Part shown: positions 37,401 to 51,857 of the stretch, piece by piece
Position numbering within the stretch: the stretch's first letter is position 1
How the letters are laid out: the number at the start of each line of letters is the position of its first letter
Source of the DNA: Hydrolagus colliei
Taxonomy: Eukaryota
DNA length: 64,000 nucleotides
Reading direction: 5' to 3'
Assembly: GCA_035084275.1 (NCBI GenBank)
Contig: CM068748.1
Span: 4,402,001-4,466,000, forward strand
Made by a program: the position numbers and the translations under genes
Notes under the pieces: generated by a model
What the model was told of the DNA's origin: nothing
Database searches by the model: none
Seen by the model: the letters and a program-made list of their open reading frames with translations, nothing else

Positions 37401-38917
37401 ACCTGTATCTTGTACTGCCAAAATGAATACACATCACATGGCCCGCTGTAAAATGAGGGAGACTTATTCTTTATCTACTTCCTTTTGAATCACCTTCAAA
37501 GTTTGCCAAGAAAAACATAGTTTTAGGATAACACTATAGAGGTCTTTTTAGAGTTAGCTTCAATAGCAGCATTTATATTGTCCTTTGTTGCCTAATTTCA
37601 GTACAAACATTTCAATGTCTTCTTTGAATTTGGGGAAACAACCTTATTTTATTCTCGAACCTAACAACCTAACCAGTCTTAAAAAATGTGTATGTTCTAT
37701 GAATTAAATTTTCTTTGGCTGTTTCACAGGCTTATCCTAAAATCGACATAGAAAAGAACGTATAATTAGCTTCACTTATTTCTGTAATTATTTGATTTGC
37801 GATCCTTTCTCATGTATATCTAACTTAGATTGTATGCAGATAAATGTTTACTGAAGGCTCAGAGTAGTATATACTCAGAGATCACTCGCCAATTGATTTT
37901 GAATTCAGGAGATTTTCCAACAAAAAGGGAGATTTAAGCCAAAATAAATATTTCCAGATTAAATTTAAAAAACTAAATAATGAAGTAAACCTATTAAGAA
38001 ATTCCACTCTATTTTACCAAGACTTTAGATGGATCAAAACAAAGAACATTGGCAACAGTACTTCAGCTACTTAACGTATGCACAGCATTTATTACATGAA
38101 ATAAAAATTGACGATAATTAGGTGCCAGTTCCAGGTAGTGTGGTTTCCTTCAGCAGGGAAGGAAAAAGTAGATCACAGCAGTATTAGCAAACCAACTCCA
38201 ATTAAATGTGTTTCAGGAGCATTATTTTGACACATACTGAGAAAACGATGTCACGAAAATTATTCCAGAGGTTAAAACGTAGAATTATTTTTGTTAAAAC
38301 TAATCTCTCTTCCAAGATATTTGTTTTCATATTCCTATATTTTTTTTCTTTTTTTTGAGTATCTACATCGCAGATTATAAAAAAAAAACCTGTCAGTCAT
38401 GGTGGGTGCACTGTTTGCAGTCTTACATCAAGTACCACTTGTCTGTGGCATTTAGTTGTGCTGCAGTTCTGGCAGATTGTCCAAGAGTCTCTCTCATCTG
38501 ACGAGTCAGGTCGACAATCAAACAACGGGTAGTGGTAAATTCTGTTTCACAGTTAAGCAAACTGAATGATATTACCTAGGTATTTGTCACAACCCCACAG
38601 AATCCTGTTTCTAATCTGCCATCTGGATGGATGTAGCGAAATTGAGAAGCAAGGGACAGACATTTCTCAGTAACAACCTGCTGTCATTTGGTATTTCAGC
38701 TCCCTGTGATTTTCCTTTAGTTTGACTAGGAAATCAAAGGAAGCCGGTCTATTCTGAAGTCTTCAGCACAGTCATGAATTTTTTGGTGAGGCTCAGTTTG
38801 TCAAAGGGTTATTTTGTTCAGCATCGAACATGGTGCTATTCCGAGGGTACCTTGTTAAGTACTATTTTAGTTTACTTTTAAATTGTTTTGTTTCTTTTGG
38901 ATTAGACCCCATCCCCC

Positions 38918-38943
38918 ACCACACACACAAACACACACACACA
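38918..38943. repeat. (CA)n microsatellite, imperfect
   Basis: Direct reading of the sequence. Confidence 0.8.
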
Positions 38944-40674
38944 AATACACCAATATAAACACACGCCATATGACATCCCGATCAAGAGAGCATAAAGTGT
39001 AACCTACTACTAGCTTTTTGGCCATGTAATTCTACAGCTAGACACTAGGAAGTGCACAAGATTAAGCTAGGAATGCTCATCCTCCACTTCCCTTTCTCTT
39101 CTTTGAGGAGTGCCTTGCCACTGCTTAGAACTTCCTCTGACCAATCTAGATTTCAAGGCATTGGGAATTAAATGGATAAAGTAACATTATCATTATACCA
39201 ACGTAAGATATGAGGAATCAATTTTTTTAACAAATCATGTCAGAAATTTAATAATTATACTTCTTGAAGGATGCCAGTAGCATAAATCTAAACATTTGAT
39301 TTTTTTGAAGAATGTAACTTTGAGAAAAAAAGCTGCGTGTTGCTTTATATTTGACTTTCTAATAATAATTTTCATTGGACATTCAGAGATAAGTTCAATT
39401 TTCAGAATATCTGAATGCAACGTGCCTATTTTCACAGTTGAAAAGACATTGGTTATAAAATGGTTAACCATATTACATACACAACATTTCTAGAACTTCT
39501 GTCTACTCATTTGTTACTAATGTACAGTGCAATTAACAATAAAAATATTATAGCCTTCAGCTTGCATTAGTAGATTGTATTATTTTAATAAACTATCTGA
39601 TTGGCTAGCAAGTGGGTAATAATTCCCAACTGAGTCTTGCATTTCAATAAATTAAATTTCAAAAGCAATACTGTGCAAGTTCTTAAAGGGACCATGTACT
39701 TAACCATCTTTTAATGACTACATAGGAACTAGGTGTATGTAGGGGGACTTGAGTTAATGGCCTTGTATTGCTTTGTGCTTTAAGTAAGCCTTTGTGATCT
39801 TACACTGTCATTGAATCATTAAGTTAATGCACGATAGTAAATATTCTATTCAAATTTACTTAAATGCTGTCAAACAGCATTGAGTTGTTCAATGTTATTT
39901 GCCTCCTCCATTCATCAGCCTTTACATAATGTTGTGAGAAGGTTAAAATAGAAGCCAGTTTGCCTCCCAGGTGAAACTGCTCCTATTCCCTCTACTTGGA
40001 ACAGTGATGATAAGGTTATAGATTAAAAAAGCTGAAACCAGAATGGGAAAACTAAAGATTTATTTAACACTTAAATCCAAGCCAGGCATCTATGAGTCAT
40101 GCATTGGATAGCTCTGCAGACAGGTCCTAGACACTAGTTAATATTCGAGGTGTAAGTTAATGTCATGTCAAATATTTGAGTTGGCTCGGTGCGGAAGTTT
40201 CCCTCTCATTATGGCAACTGAAATACAGCCCATGCTCTATAATCACTAACAAGACTACCCAGAAGTTCCTGATATCCACTTACCACAGATGTCCTCATAG
40301 AACCTAAAGTAGGATAACCCAGCACTGCCAAATGTATAACTACAAAAAGAGGCCCCAAAAGGAACAAAAGTCGACATCTGTTTGATACTTCCGCTACTCA
40401 ATCACTGCCATCAGTCTGATGTAAGTCTCTAACTTTGTGAAGGATGTGCAAGACTCTTTATGGTGTGGTCTTTGAGCAGCCACATTATGAACCAATCTCA
40501 GAACTAGACCCAATGGCTTTCATATGCCATTTGACTATAATGTAAGGTGATCTCCAAAAGAAAATATAAATCATTGTTTCTATCTATTATGTCAGGGAAT
40601 CATTAGCACAGTTTGTTAACATTTTGTTTTTGCCTTCTAAGAGAACTGGTATTAGCTGCTGCATTTCCCCCAAA

Positions 40675-40743
40675 AAATACAGTCACTTAGCTCCTGTGAA
40701 ACACTTTGAGACCACCTCTTGCAGTGATAAGGGCTATATCAAA
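40675..40743 (+). mobile_element. SINE tail remnant
   Basis: tacagtcac..ctgtgaaacactttgagac..gtgataagggctatatcaaa. Confidence 0.6.
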
Positions 40744-40906
40744 AGTTTTTTAAAAAAAGAAACACAAATTTGCAATATAGCTGGATGCCATGGTATTTTT
40801 TCATATTCTCCAAAGTTTAGTTTTACTTCTGAATGCCCAATTATCAGGAGTATTTCAATCCCTTTTAAATTTGAACTTCCAAAACAAATATATCAACATA
40901 TATGTA

Positions 40907-41120
40907 CAATAAAAGCCCATTTATCTGGCACCCTTGGGTCCTGGCCAATGCCAGTTAAAGCGTGTGGCGGATATTTGGCCGAAAACACCAAAAAAAAAGT
41001 TTTTTAAAAAATACATTGTGCCGGATAAATTCCAGTTAATCAAATGGGGACCTTTTTTTGCTGTTCCGGTTATACGGAAGTTACAGTTGATTGGGTCAAG
41101 GATAAATGGGCTTTTTACTG
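40907..41120. mobile_element. Tc1/mariner-superfamily (pogo/Tigger-like) MITE, 214 bp
   Basis: TIRs caataaaagcccatttatc and gataaatgggctttttactg, flanked by TA at 40905-40906 and 41121-41122. Internal ccggataa-like repeats. Confidence 0.88.
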
Positions 41121-44100
41121 TATATTAATTTAAAATTTTATTCCATACAGATATTAAATTATTGAATATTTGTTGTTTCTTTTACGATAGTTTAATATAT
41201 CAACTAGCGTTGGAATGTTTAAATATTATCATGCCTTTATAGTTGTCTAGTTCTATATTTGAATGAATTCTATTTATATTGTTTTCTTATTATTATACAA
41301 ATCTATTTAGTCAGGTCCTCCTAGAGATTTTTGACAGACATTTAAGTGACAAAATTGTCCTTAGAGTTCAATAATATTGAATTTGCTCTTTATTCAACAA
41401 CTGTCTAGATAACTTGTTTATTAAGTGTTCAAAAATCCTCAGGAATATTTCATACTATATTAAGCTTAAATTCCGTAAATAAATGTATCTGTACAAAGTA
41501 ATTTAATCCTTATTATCCTACTGTTATGTTTATCCACTATCAATGTACTGAATTTTTAAGAGCACTTGTGTAGAAAATAATCTGATGCCTCCAATTCTTT
41601 CTTACATTATGTTGCTCTTAGTATAGAATCATTGCTGAAAATGTAATTAATTAATGAGATGTTGGAGTAGTGATTTTTCTAATAAGGAAAGTTTTCAAGG
41701 AAGGCAACCAATAAATCGTATCCCATTTTAGAGGAATAATCTGTGAGGAAAGATTACAAAAGATAAGGCACCCATTTTGTCTCAGATGAGAATCACAAGG
41801 AGGTATACAAAATATTAAGACGAATAGAGGTGGAGCAAGAGTGTGCAGGTTTTGGGTTATGAAAGCTAATTTTAATACAGACACCAGGAATAATTTATTT
41901 ACAAGATGATAGAGCTCAATATAGACTATATGGAAGTGGCATCTCCGCAAGTATATAATGTGGCCTTCACACCGGATAACCAGATTTCAACATTTACTGG
42001 GTGGCAATCTATCCTAACTTTTCAAATAACCCAATAATTATCTTTGTCAATTCACCCAATTTGTTTTCAGGAGAATGAATCTTTATTCAGCAGCAAAAGG
42101 TCATGCAGACTCCCTAGGTAAGCAACCAGCTTCATTGGTAGGTTAGTCATCTCATGACATTAAAATAATGATCATCTTCTTTCTCAAGTTTCCCAATTAT
42201 TGGAAATGGTTGCATCAGAATCAAAATGCAAGGGGAGGAGGGGTCATTGTTGAGGGGAACATGTTTCTGGGGATTTGATTACTAAAAAGGATGCAGAAAA
42301 CAATATAAATAGACTGGAGCTCCTCATCTTCTGCACAGTCTTGCCGAGACTAGACAATTGGTCTCAGTGGACCATATTTAAATCTTCAGAGATAAGTCTG
42401 TACCAACCCCTATAAGTAAGTAGCATGAAATCTCCCACTGTGCAAGAATGTGCTGTTTAGATTTTGATGTCAAGTACACTTGAATCATTCAGTAATCCCT
42501 CTGATCAACATTTCGGCCTCAGAGGTCTAGGTAACACTGTTCTGCAAGACACAATCTCTTATGGAGTTGAACAGTTTGGATATCTTTGCTCCTCTGATCA
42601 CAAAGAGAAGTAGATAAAGTGGTTTGTAGTTACCCATCTCCCCTTGCATGAATATGTCATGCAACAGAACAGATATGTTTAAAATGTCACTACCTTTTAT
42701 TCAGATAACATTTGAAAAAATACTCGAGAAAAGTTGAACAAAGTGAATTTTAGCAGTTTTTGTCTGAACAACACATTTTTATTTCCCGTGATATTGATGC
42801 ACATTTTTTTTTAAATGTAGGAGAAATCTCACCAGCAATGTTTTTTTCCCTGCGGCCCAGAGCAACCTGAATCCTAAGTTATTCTGGATCAATTGTTTTA
42901 TGAGGTAAATCTTCAAAAATTCAGGATGTCTCGATGAGAAGATCAACTTCCATCAATCATTCAGCAAATAGTTCACTGTGCATGCGATGGCGTGCCTCAA
43001 GCTTCACCTTTTGGTCCACACTGTTGTTTTCTTAACCCTCCAGGTTGAGGGGAAGAAATGTGGCCTCAATTTATGGTTCTTCAAGTTATGTATTTTATAC
43101 AAAGTCAAAAGAAGATAGGAATAAGAAAATAATGTTTTTCAGCTGAATTTTTGCCCACAGTCAACCTTGTTTCCTCTTCACTGTTCGCTATCATCTTGCA
43201 CATCACCAACGATATTTATTCTCAATAAATACTTTTATTGTAAGAATATCTACGACTATTCAAAAGAAAATATTGTTACAAGGAACGTTGGAATATTAAT
43301 ACATTTTTCCAATTGTACATACGAGTGTTATTATATCTACCAATACATTTTGCTTTTAGAATTCAGCAAGGTTAACTCTGTGTTTGAGGGTTTGGGGGAA
43401 GGCAATATCTGAATTCCACACATGCTGTGCAGCCTATGCTCTATGAATGAATCTGTTCAGAATTCAGACGTGGTACATAAGTTGCGGTCAGTCCTCAGTA
43501 GAAAGCTTGAACATACTGTAGCTTGGTTTGACCATCATTGTTGTTTGTTTGTTCCTTTTATCCCTTATACTTCATGGTTCAACAATAGATGTTTCTTTCC
43601 TTGGCAAGAACTGCTTCTTCTTTTTTCTTTTCAGCAACTCCTTTATACAAGATTGTTGTGACTAATAGTCCTTATACCTGTCTTTTGAAACCCTTGGCTA
43701 TTACAGTTTTGGAAACCTTAAAATAATAGGCAGAATTTTACTAAATACTGATTTGTGCATCAAATGCTTTTAATGCTTTAAATACTGTAAATGCTTTTTA
43801 TTATAAAAAAAAAGGAATTTACAGAGGTTACTTGCAAATTCCACTTCATGAGTACTCTAACTCATTCTAGATGACACTGTGAGGCTCTGTGGGAATATGC
43901 ATCAAAGTCTTGTCTGTAATTTATGTAATGACATTTACTTGGACACTGATTAGCTTCTGTATCAGTCTCGGACTACAAGAAACACAGCCCTTCGTTTGTC
44001 ATACATTTCATCTGAAGTCATGCTGAATATAATCACAAGATTATACTGTAATCTTTATGCTTCACACCATGTGGGTCTGGGACACCATGCATACCATCTT

Positions 44101-44784
44101 AGTGGCCTGTCAAATTTCATCTGGGTTAATATGACCATATTGCAGTTTCTGAAAATCAGTATCACAAAGCAATGTGGTTGTCAGTTTAGTTATTACTTTT
44201 AAAAATAACATGCCTTTTAAAACACACTGCAGATACCAAACGCGTCTTAAAAAGAACTTAAACTTTCAAAAGACAATTCATTTTGATGTTTACCAATATT
44301 AGAGAAAATATTTCTGTTTAGAACAAGCTTTACTGAATAGTGATAGGAATCTGAGAACCTAGAACATGGGTTCAAGGCTTAAATAACAGGAGGACACTGC
44401 ATTGAATTATAATGAAAGGAGTGAGGGTGGGTGAATAACTACAGAGTCAAAAGGTGTGAATTATTTTTGTACAGACAATCCTCTAATTTCTGTACCACTG
44501 TGCTTCTTTTAAAGAAAATTAAACCAAAACAAAAATGGGTTTGGAATTCTGTCAATGCAATACACCAAGATAAAAACAAGTCCAAAGTAGAAGTACAGAC
44601 AAGTCTTTGCAAGAAAATCAATAATGGTAGCAGTACTTACAACCCTGAAGAAATTAATTCAGGTATCTGTTAATGAAAGTAAATGGTTATCTGATCAATT
44701 CAAATCAAATTTTAGGGAACATAAAGATGCTGAATGCTTTCAGCAGTGTAGAAAGATTTGCGTTTGCATAAGAGGAAGGAAGGG

Positions 44785-44985
44785 GGCTGGGTGGCGCATA
44801 AGGTCAAAATACTGTCTTTCCATTTCTGGAATCTAGCCCAGACAGATGGGATGAACGTCTTTCTCTCATAGCTGTTAGAGTCCTAAGTGAAATGAGCTTG
44901 GGCAGTCTTAATCTAGTTCCCAGTGGATGAGTTTATAGCATAAAATTGTCCGCAAAATTAGCACACTTGGCATCAGTTTGATAAT
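44785..44985 (+). mobile_element. LF-SINE-like ancient SINE
   Basis: aatctagcccagacagatgggatgaacgtct..gctgttagagtcctaagtgaaatgagcttgggcagtct..agttcccagtgga. Confidence 0.75.
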
Positions 44986-45177
44986 CCCCCTCCACAATCT
45001 ATACTGGCACACAAGGCATTTAGAGGCTGTTTAGATTTATTTTCAAGGTGGCAAGAAGTTTTCTACATTCCTATTATTCTGTTGTACATCAGCTTGATTA
45101 CCAAAAATGGTAATGCAATTTTCCGATTCATTACTTCCCAGTTGGATCCAGTGTCAGAAAGAGAAACCATTTTAACA

Positions 45178-45305
45178 TAAGAGTATGGAGCAAGAGTAAA
45201 GGAATTTAGATCAAACTAGATTGCTCCCATGAAAGAGGTGACATCAGGAAAACCTCAATGGGCTAAATGGTTACTTGTGTCCTGTAACTTTTTGAGTCTA
45301 TGATG
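45178..45305 (+). mobile_element. Degenerate CR1 3' end
   Basis: aagagtatggagcaagag..aatgggctaaatggttacttgtgtcctgtaa..tctatga resembles the CR1 terminus seen at 61035-61189. Confidence 0.5.
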
Positions 45306-45893
45306 TATGCATTGTTTTGTTGATAGTAGAATAGTGCGTTTGTTTATTGGCAATACATTTACCGTTAGTGCTGAGTGATCTCTTATTGATTACCATTAAA
45401 ACGCCTTCCTATCCAAATCCCCCTATCACAATTTAAACAGTTTACTTCACATTAAAAAAGCTACACTGAAAACAACAAAGAAAATCTACAAGGGTATGTG
45501 TTGGAAAAAAGAACATAGTAGATTCACTCTTCCCCGAGTACATTTGCAAAGAATGAAATGAACTGCGTCATTTTGGTTTGATGAGCAGATCTTATTATTT
45601 GAAAAGAAATAACACAAATTTTAATGAAAACTACTCCCCCACTCCCCTCCCGCCCCATGTCCTGGACCCAAAAAACTAGTAGAAACAAAATCTCTCAAGT
45701 AGTGTGAAAGTCTGTGCTTTGTTTGGCAAATCCTAACTTTGTGGAAACACGGAAAGATGATTGAGTGTGTCCGTCTCCTGTTTGCTGCCATTGAACTGTG
45801 AAGACCCCCAGCTCCGCACTGAAACATTAAATTAAGCCAATTGGCACTGTCATTGCAATAACCCTACAAGTGAAGATTGTGGCCTATGGCCGC

Positions 45894-45958
45894 CACTGTG
45901 AAGAGCTATGCGACCCTACCTCGGGTGAAGGGTGCTGTATGAATGCAAGTGGTTGTTC
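45894..45958 (+). mobile_element. L2 3'-tail fragment (old)
   Basis: ctgtgaagagct..gtgaagggtgctgtatgaatgcaagtggttgtt. Confidence 0.6.
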
Positions 45959-48900
45959 TTGATATCATGCCCACCATTGGCAGAAACTAAACTGCCATCT
46001 TTCCAGCTTTAAAGAAAAATAGCAAATAGGGTTTGAACATACCCCTGTATTCTATTACATTTTATTGACTTTTATATTGAACAGAGAAATTATAGGTAAA
46101 TGATTTTTTCTACGATAGAAAATTCATAAGCAAGAATTGAAATCTATACAATAAAGTGAAGTAAAATTCACAAAAGTTAATCAAATGTGTAGGAGAATTC
46201 CCATAGAAGGTGATCAGTGCGTGGTATATATTGCAAGTAGATATATAATATACTGTATAATATATATATCAAATATATCATAAACCATTCTTCAAATTAT
46301 TTTTTATTTATTTTTATAATTGATTAAACAAAACGTTCAATGGATAATAAATGTTAAGACAAAACTATATTACCAAGACTAACCAGGGCATTCTCTATTT
46401 CAAATTCTTTTAAATAGATAAATCACAGACTGCATCTCATCATATAGAATGATCAACAAGAAATGCTAACCAATTAAATTAACTTTTGTTTAATTTCTTC
46501 CTCCCAATTTTGTCGATTCTGAAAATAATAGGGAACTGATTTAATATCCATTACTATACCTTCATTTAACCTAATGTTCTGTGATTTCTCTAAATCCTTC
46601 CTTCCGTTAAAATGACTGTCTCCAGAATACAGGGAAAAATGATAACTAATGTCAGTTAATTTCCACTTGTTTTCACTGGTCATTCTTTAAAAGGGCCTTG
46701 ATGGTGACCCATTTCCCCCCAACCACCACAACCTTTCTTTAAAATTGAAACTCTATTGATGTATTTCATAAAATGTCCACTTTCATAAACAGTTTTTACT
46801 GTACACATGAAAGGAAACACCCATTCACTCTGTCATCACATCACAATAACAGAAAATACTGAGGAAGGCTGCACAGGAAAGCCGACAGTTATAGTTATTG
46901 AACAAAAGAAAAGATACAAGTATAAATGCCAAAACAGACATTGCACCACACCTTGTCAATTAGTCAGTTCACAATCGAAGGAAGAGCTATTACCAAAGGA
47001 ATTATACTTACAATTTTAAAGAGGTGGGATTTATTTTCTAAAAAACAATAGATTCATAGTGGTTGCCCTTGTTGGGATTTTTTAAGGTTTACAGTCAGAC
47101 TAAATTTGTACCTTTGTAATCACTTCCTTTTGCTTAGTAGGCAGTATGTTAAAATTAATGATGAAACCTGCTAGGCTCATTTGACATTAATAATTTATCA
47201 GATAAAATAAAGATCACCCAGCATGTATGCATGTAGCTTATTTAACACAATCAAGTTTGCTGTGGAATTAAAAACAAATGAATACCAAAACAATCAAGCT
47301 TTACAGTAATATTATCTTAGCTCAGGATGGAAAGTATTCCGAATAGATCAATTGAATCCACAAATACTTTACTCGGCCTTGAGATAGAAGCCAGTGATAC
47401 GAATATAATATGTATCGGTGCTAAACTTGCAAAAACTAGAGCGCGGTGTTTATAATTTACACCTTGCAATATTCTTCTTTTAATTTTAAAACGTTCATGA
47501 CTCTAAATATAGGTTCTCTCTAATTCCTGTCCTTGCCCCCCACCTTTCCTCTTCCTTCACACACTCACCTCCAACTATATTCCAACAGCTGGGAAAGCAG
47601 GGTTACAGACTCCTGTGTGACTTCGGTTACTAAAGCAGTTCCATGACTTCACCAAGAGATTTCCTACCAGCAGATGGTTGTGAAACGTGAGTCACTGAGC
47701 ATACATGATGGAGATCAGTGGTTTATGAAAAATATATCACGAAAGCTTGTTAGACTTAACAAGTCATGAACACCTTCAGTATGGATTGGTTAGGAAAACA
47801 TCCTAAGTGGGAGGGTGAAGGAGGAACCACCTGAATCAAGCTATTTAATTTTTTTTTGAAAAAACATCCTATTCCTAACAAACAAATGACAGTATAAACA
47901 ACATGCAATACATCTGACCAGCTCAAGCTTTCAGAAGGCTGAGAAATGTTGGGAAAGGTTCAGGTTAGATGAATAAGGATGATGTTGGAAGATGAAGCCA
48001 GACAAATATCAGATGGTCTGACAAAAATGATGTCCAGGTGCAAAGTTTATTACATGTGCACTGATGAACAAAAAAATCTGAGACTGGAAACCATCATAGT
48101 CATACACCAGGCATCTACCTATAATGCATGTACCATTGTAGCTCATCCCTTATGCTTAGTATAAATTAATTGCCATTAACTTGGTCTTACAGACATTTTT
48201 TTTTAAACATTCAGTCATAGGAGTGCATTATGTTCTGGTTCCTGCAAGGATAAAGCAGTCAAACAACCAAGAGAAATGCCAACTGTGCAAATATATTGGC
48301 AAATCCCATTCTGATTACTGTGTTCCTATAGTCAGGAAGCAATTGTCACTACAATGCATAATGCATGTACAGACAGCTGCATTTGGCAAAATGTAAACAT
48401 TATTTTTCTGCAAGATAATAGAAATAATGTTTCTCTTGCTGTGCAACTTTACCTTTGTAGCACTTTCATCACTCTGTAGATTCTATTTAAAATGACTTTC
48501 TTTCTTAGGAATATATCACATGCACTACAAATGTCTTCTATTGTTTCTCCCTTTTCAAAGCCGACAGATTGTAATGATACATCAATCCCAATAAACAAAT
48601 AAATTATTTCACATTTTGAATACTATTTTCAGGAAATTCACCAATTCTTAAGCTAAACCTCTAGTGGCCATCCAAATAAAATAATTGGCTGTCAAAAGTT
48701 TAACTGCCTGCTACTGTATTTGCAGCACGAGGAAAGCAAGCGATAGAAAACAGTTACTGAATAATTTTGCAAACATTCCAGATGAATATAAATTGTCCAG
48801 CTCTCCACTGCAACAAATCTTCTTGGGATCTGTGGAAATTAGAGTCCATAAACAAAGGAAAAAGTTAAGGTTTTAATATGCCAGTTGCCTGTAAACGATG

Positions 48901-50209
48901 GTGCTGTGATTCACTCTCCTCTCTGTTGACACATTAGCGTCAAATTTTGGTGAAAGAATATTAGCCAATCAAACCTGTCAGTTGTGATGACAAACTTTCA
49001 TTTTTGTGCATCATTTCATTCAGCGTGTCTGACTTTTATAAAAGTACCATTGGGTATTCCACACAAAAGAAAGATGGAAACAGTGATTAATTCAAAGTCC
49101 GGGTGCAAGCCAAGGTCAGAGAAGTAATGTTGTAGGATGTAGTGAGTGTTTCAGGATGAATCTGATATTTGAAGCATCATTTTTTGATATGTTTTCCATT
49201 TTGCCATCAAGGGAAGGATGATGTTATGTGACATGTGAATGATTGCTAGCTTTAGATTGGCCTTTATATGAATTAGTTGACAGTGCCATGAGTGTACAAT
49301 TATTTTTATTGTCTTCCTAGAGGACTGGCATCTCCCCAAAGCATTTTTCCAATCACTTAGGATTTTCATTAAGTTCATTGTTCTTACATTGCCCAATAGC
49401 ATGTAATTACAGAGCCTACCTTGTAGTGTACAAATCTCCTGTTCCTTCAGGTGACCCTTTGGCCTGTAAAGGAAGGATTACTTTAGTTTATTGGCACAAA
49501 GACACCCTCTTAAAACTATTTCCGATTTTATAATAAAAATAATATTTAACCTCAGTTTTTCTTTGGGGATATCACCCTCTATTTTTTCCTCTTTTTCAAT
49601 TTAATTTCTGTGAGCATTGTTGATGGGAAATGTACTTTCAGTCCATTCAAAAAGCCATTCTGAAATCATTTGCAAGGATGTACATATGAGGGACTTGGTG
49701 ATAACTTTCGCTCCCTTCAAAGGATGCCCTCAGCCTGTGCTGATTTCCTTCCAAAACGAGTATGATTGCACTACTTTTGTTCCACTGTTGCCTCATCATC
49801 AAGTTTACACCCAAATAACCTCCATTTTAACAGTGAATCCCGTTGAAGGTAAACAACAAAGCATGTAATCGACATAAGGATTATGCTTGAAGCAGGATTT
49901 CTGTACACTGAAGATGAAATTGTCAATTTTCAAATGTTTCCATGACAGGCCATTTAATTATGCATTTGACAATTCAACCTAAGTAAAAGCACCAGAAAAT
50001 ATTAATAAGAAGGCATATTATACAAAAATCAATTCTAAAGGATGTTGCTCTTTTTAAGTGAAGTTTGGTATTACATTTAGCTCTTTATTGTGCTGGCCAA
50101 TTAAATGTTTTGGGATATTCTCAAATCAGGTGGAATGAACTACTGTATATCCAATTGTATCCACAATTAGAATCAAAATATTAAAACTCAAAGCACAACA
50201 AATAATTTT

Positions 50210-50312
50210 ATAATAATAAATCAATGTTGCATTTGATGCAGCACCTTATTGCATCATTGGTATGTCTCAAATCACTTTGTGGGATTTACTGCATAGTGTA
50301 GTGACTGTGTGT
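50210..50312 (-). mobile_element. Degenerate SINE tail
   Basis: (aat)n..ttgcatttgatgcagcaccttat..gtctcaaatcactt. Confidence 0.55.
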
Positions 50313-51390
50313 ATTTATCAGAGTTTCCTGTACCAGTGTCAGAAATAATGTAAATGTGTGCTGAACAACAAATAGATAAAATGATGCTCAATTTCATTTA
50401 AAAATATACTTCATCATAATAAATATTCGATTCACGTTATATCTGACCTTCAACAACACATCTTTTAAGAACCTGGTGTTACTGTTGTACAATAAGGTAA
50501 CATAATGGAGGGAATTGAGTATTTCTGTACAATATTATAAGTTAAATGCATTTCATAGGAAACACAGACTTTGAAAGCCAAGACAATGAGAACCCAACTA
50601 AAGGTTACAATACAAAACCATGATCTTTCGCATTGAATTAATACTCTCACAGATTGTTTTACAAATGCAAAGCTTGATAGCTGACATGTGAATGAAAAAT
50701 TGAGTCATGTTCTTAACTAAACCCCAATTTGCCCACCTATAGTCTATTTTTTTTGCCAAGACACTATTCGTCTTGAATGCAATAAACACATAACTCAGCA
50801 TCTCAGTGTGCTTCTACAATAGATGCAGTTCTGCTCTCAGATGACTTGTAAGATTGAGTCAGGATTGGTACAGTTGTTATGTCCACAGTAATGGTGGATG
50901 AAGCAACCCTGATTTGCACTTGTGTGTCAGGATGGCAAGTTGTAAAACTTGCATGTTTACTGCCAGTCAACAAACATAGTGAAGGAGTGATTTCAAACAC
51001 TTCTTGGGATGTGAAATGGGGAAACATCTCTTTACAGCTTTGAAAAAAAATCTAACAATAAACCTCTTAGCCAGGCAGAGCATTGTATTGCAACCAGCTT
51101 TTTCTCCTCACATTCCTAGTAAAAGTAATGTATCATTTCTCTTCTAATGTTGGCAGCTTTATACTGCATTAAAAAATAATGGTGCTGCAACTAGAAAATA
51201 TTGGTCAAAGAAGCAAACTGGCTGCAAAGGTTAGATTGATTGATTTGCTCACCACATCCTGGATTACAGTTGGTTTCAGCAATAATGTATGATCTCTTGT
51301 ACTTTACTCAGAAATGGAGGATGACTAGTCAATTAAAGCAGAGGACCATTGCGTAGAATAATTCAATCAGTTTGCCTATTAAATTCATCA

Positions 51391-51720
51391 CACTTGAGTT
51401 TACAGACTCGGCTGATATGCCATTGCAATACTGGGGGAATACTGTCTTGCCAGACATGGCATCTTTTGGAATGACATGTTCGAACCGAATTATACAACTG
51501 ATGTTATAGATCTCATGGCACTGTGTGAAAAGAGGAAGGAGGTTCTCCCAGTGTGCTGGCCAACAATCCTCTAGGTAAATTGGTTGTTCACCTTGTGGGC
51601 TGTTTGTGGGAATTTGCCGTGGGCAAAGTTACTGCTGTGTTTTCCTTACAAAATAGGTAATTACACTGTGTGAAATGCTTTGAAATGTTTCAACACTCTA
51701 AAATTGTAACTTCTTTCTTC
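51391..51720 (+). mobile_element. Deu-domain SINE, old
   Basis: ggctgata..tgcaatactggggg..agatctcatggcact..gaggttctcccagtgtgctggccaacaatc..gctgtttgtgggaatttgccgtgggcaaa..gctgctg-like segment, then an L2-type tail. Confidence 0.7.
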
Positions 51721-51857
51721 ACAGAGTACACATATTTTTTTTACGCTTTGATCCTACCTGTAAATTTTGCTAGATGTTCTTTAACACTGGATTTTATCTC
51801 TGGGCCCATCTATTATCAGCACTGTAGTATTTAAGACTTATTGCTTTGACCGTGCTT

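Noticed and set aside
38497-38525. ctgacga-gtc-aggtc-gac as a hammerhead core
   Set aside because: The stem is followed by aatc rather than GAAA, and there is no stem I or III.
48655-48672. CTCF motif (tggccactagagg on minus; similar near 36563-36578)
   Set aside because: Only the 5' half matches; the GGC[A/G]C end is missing.
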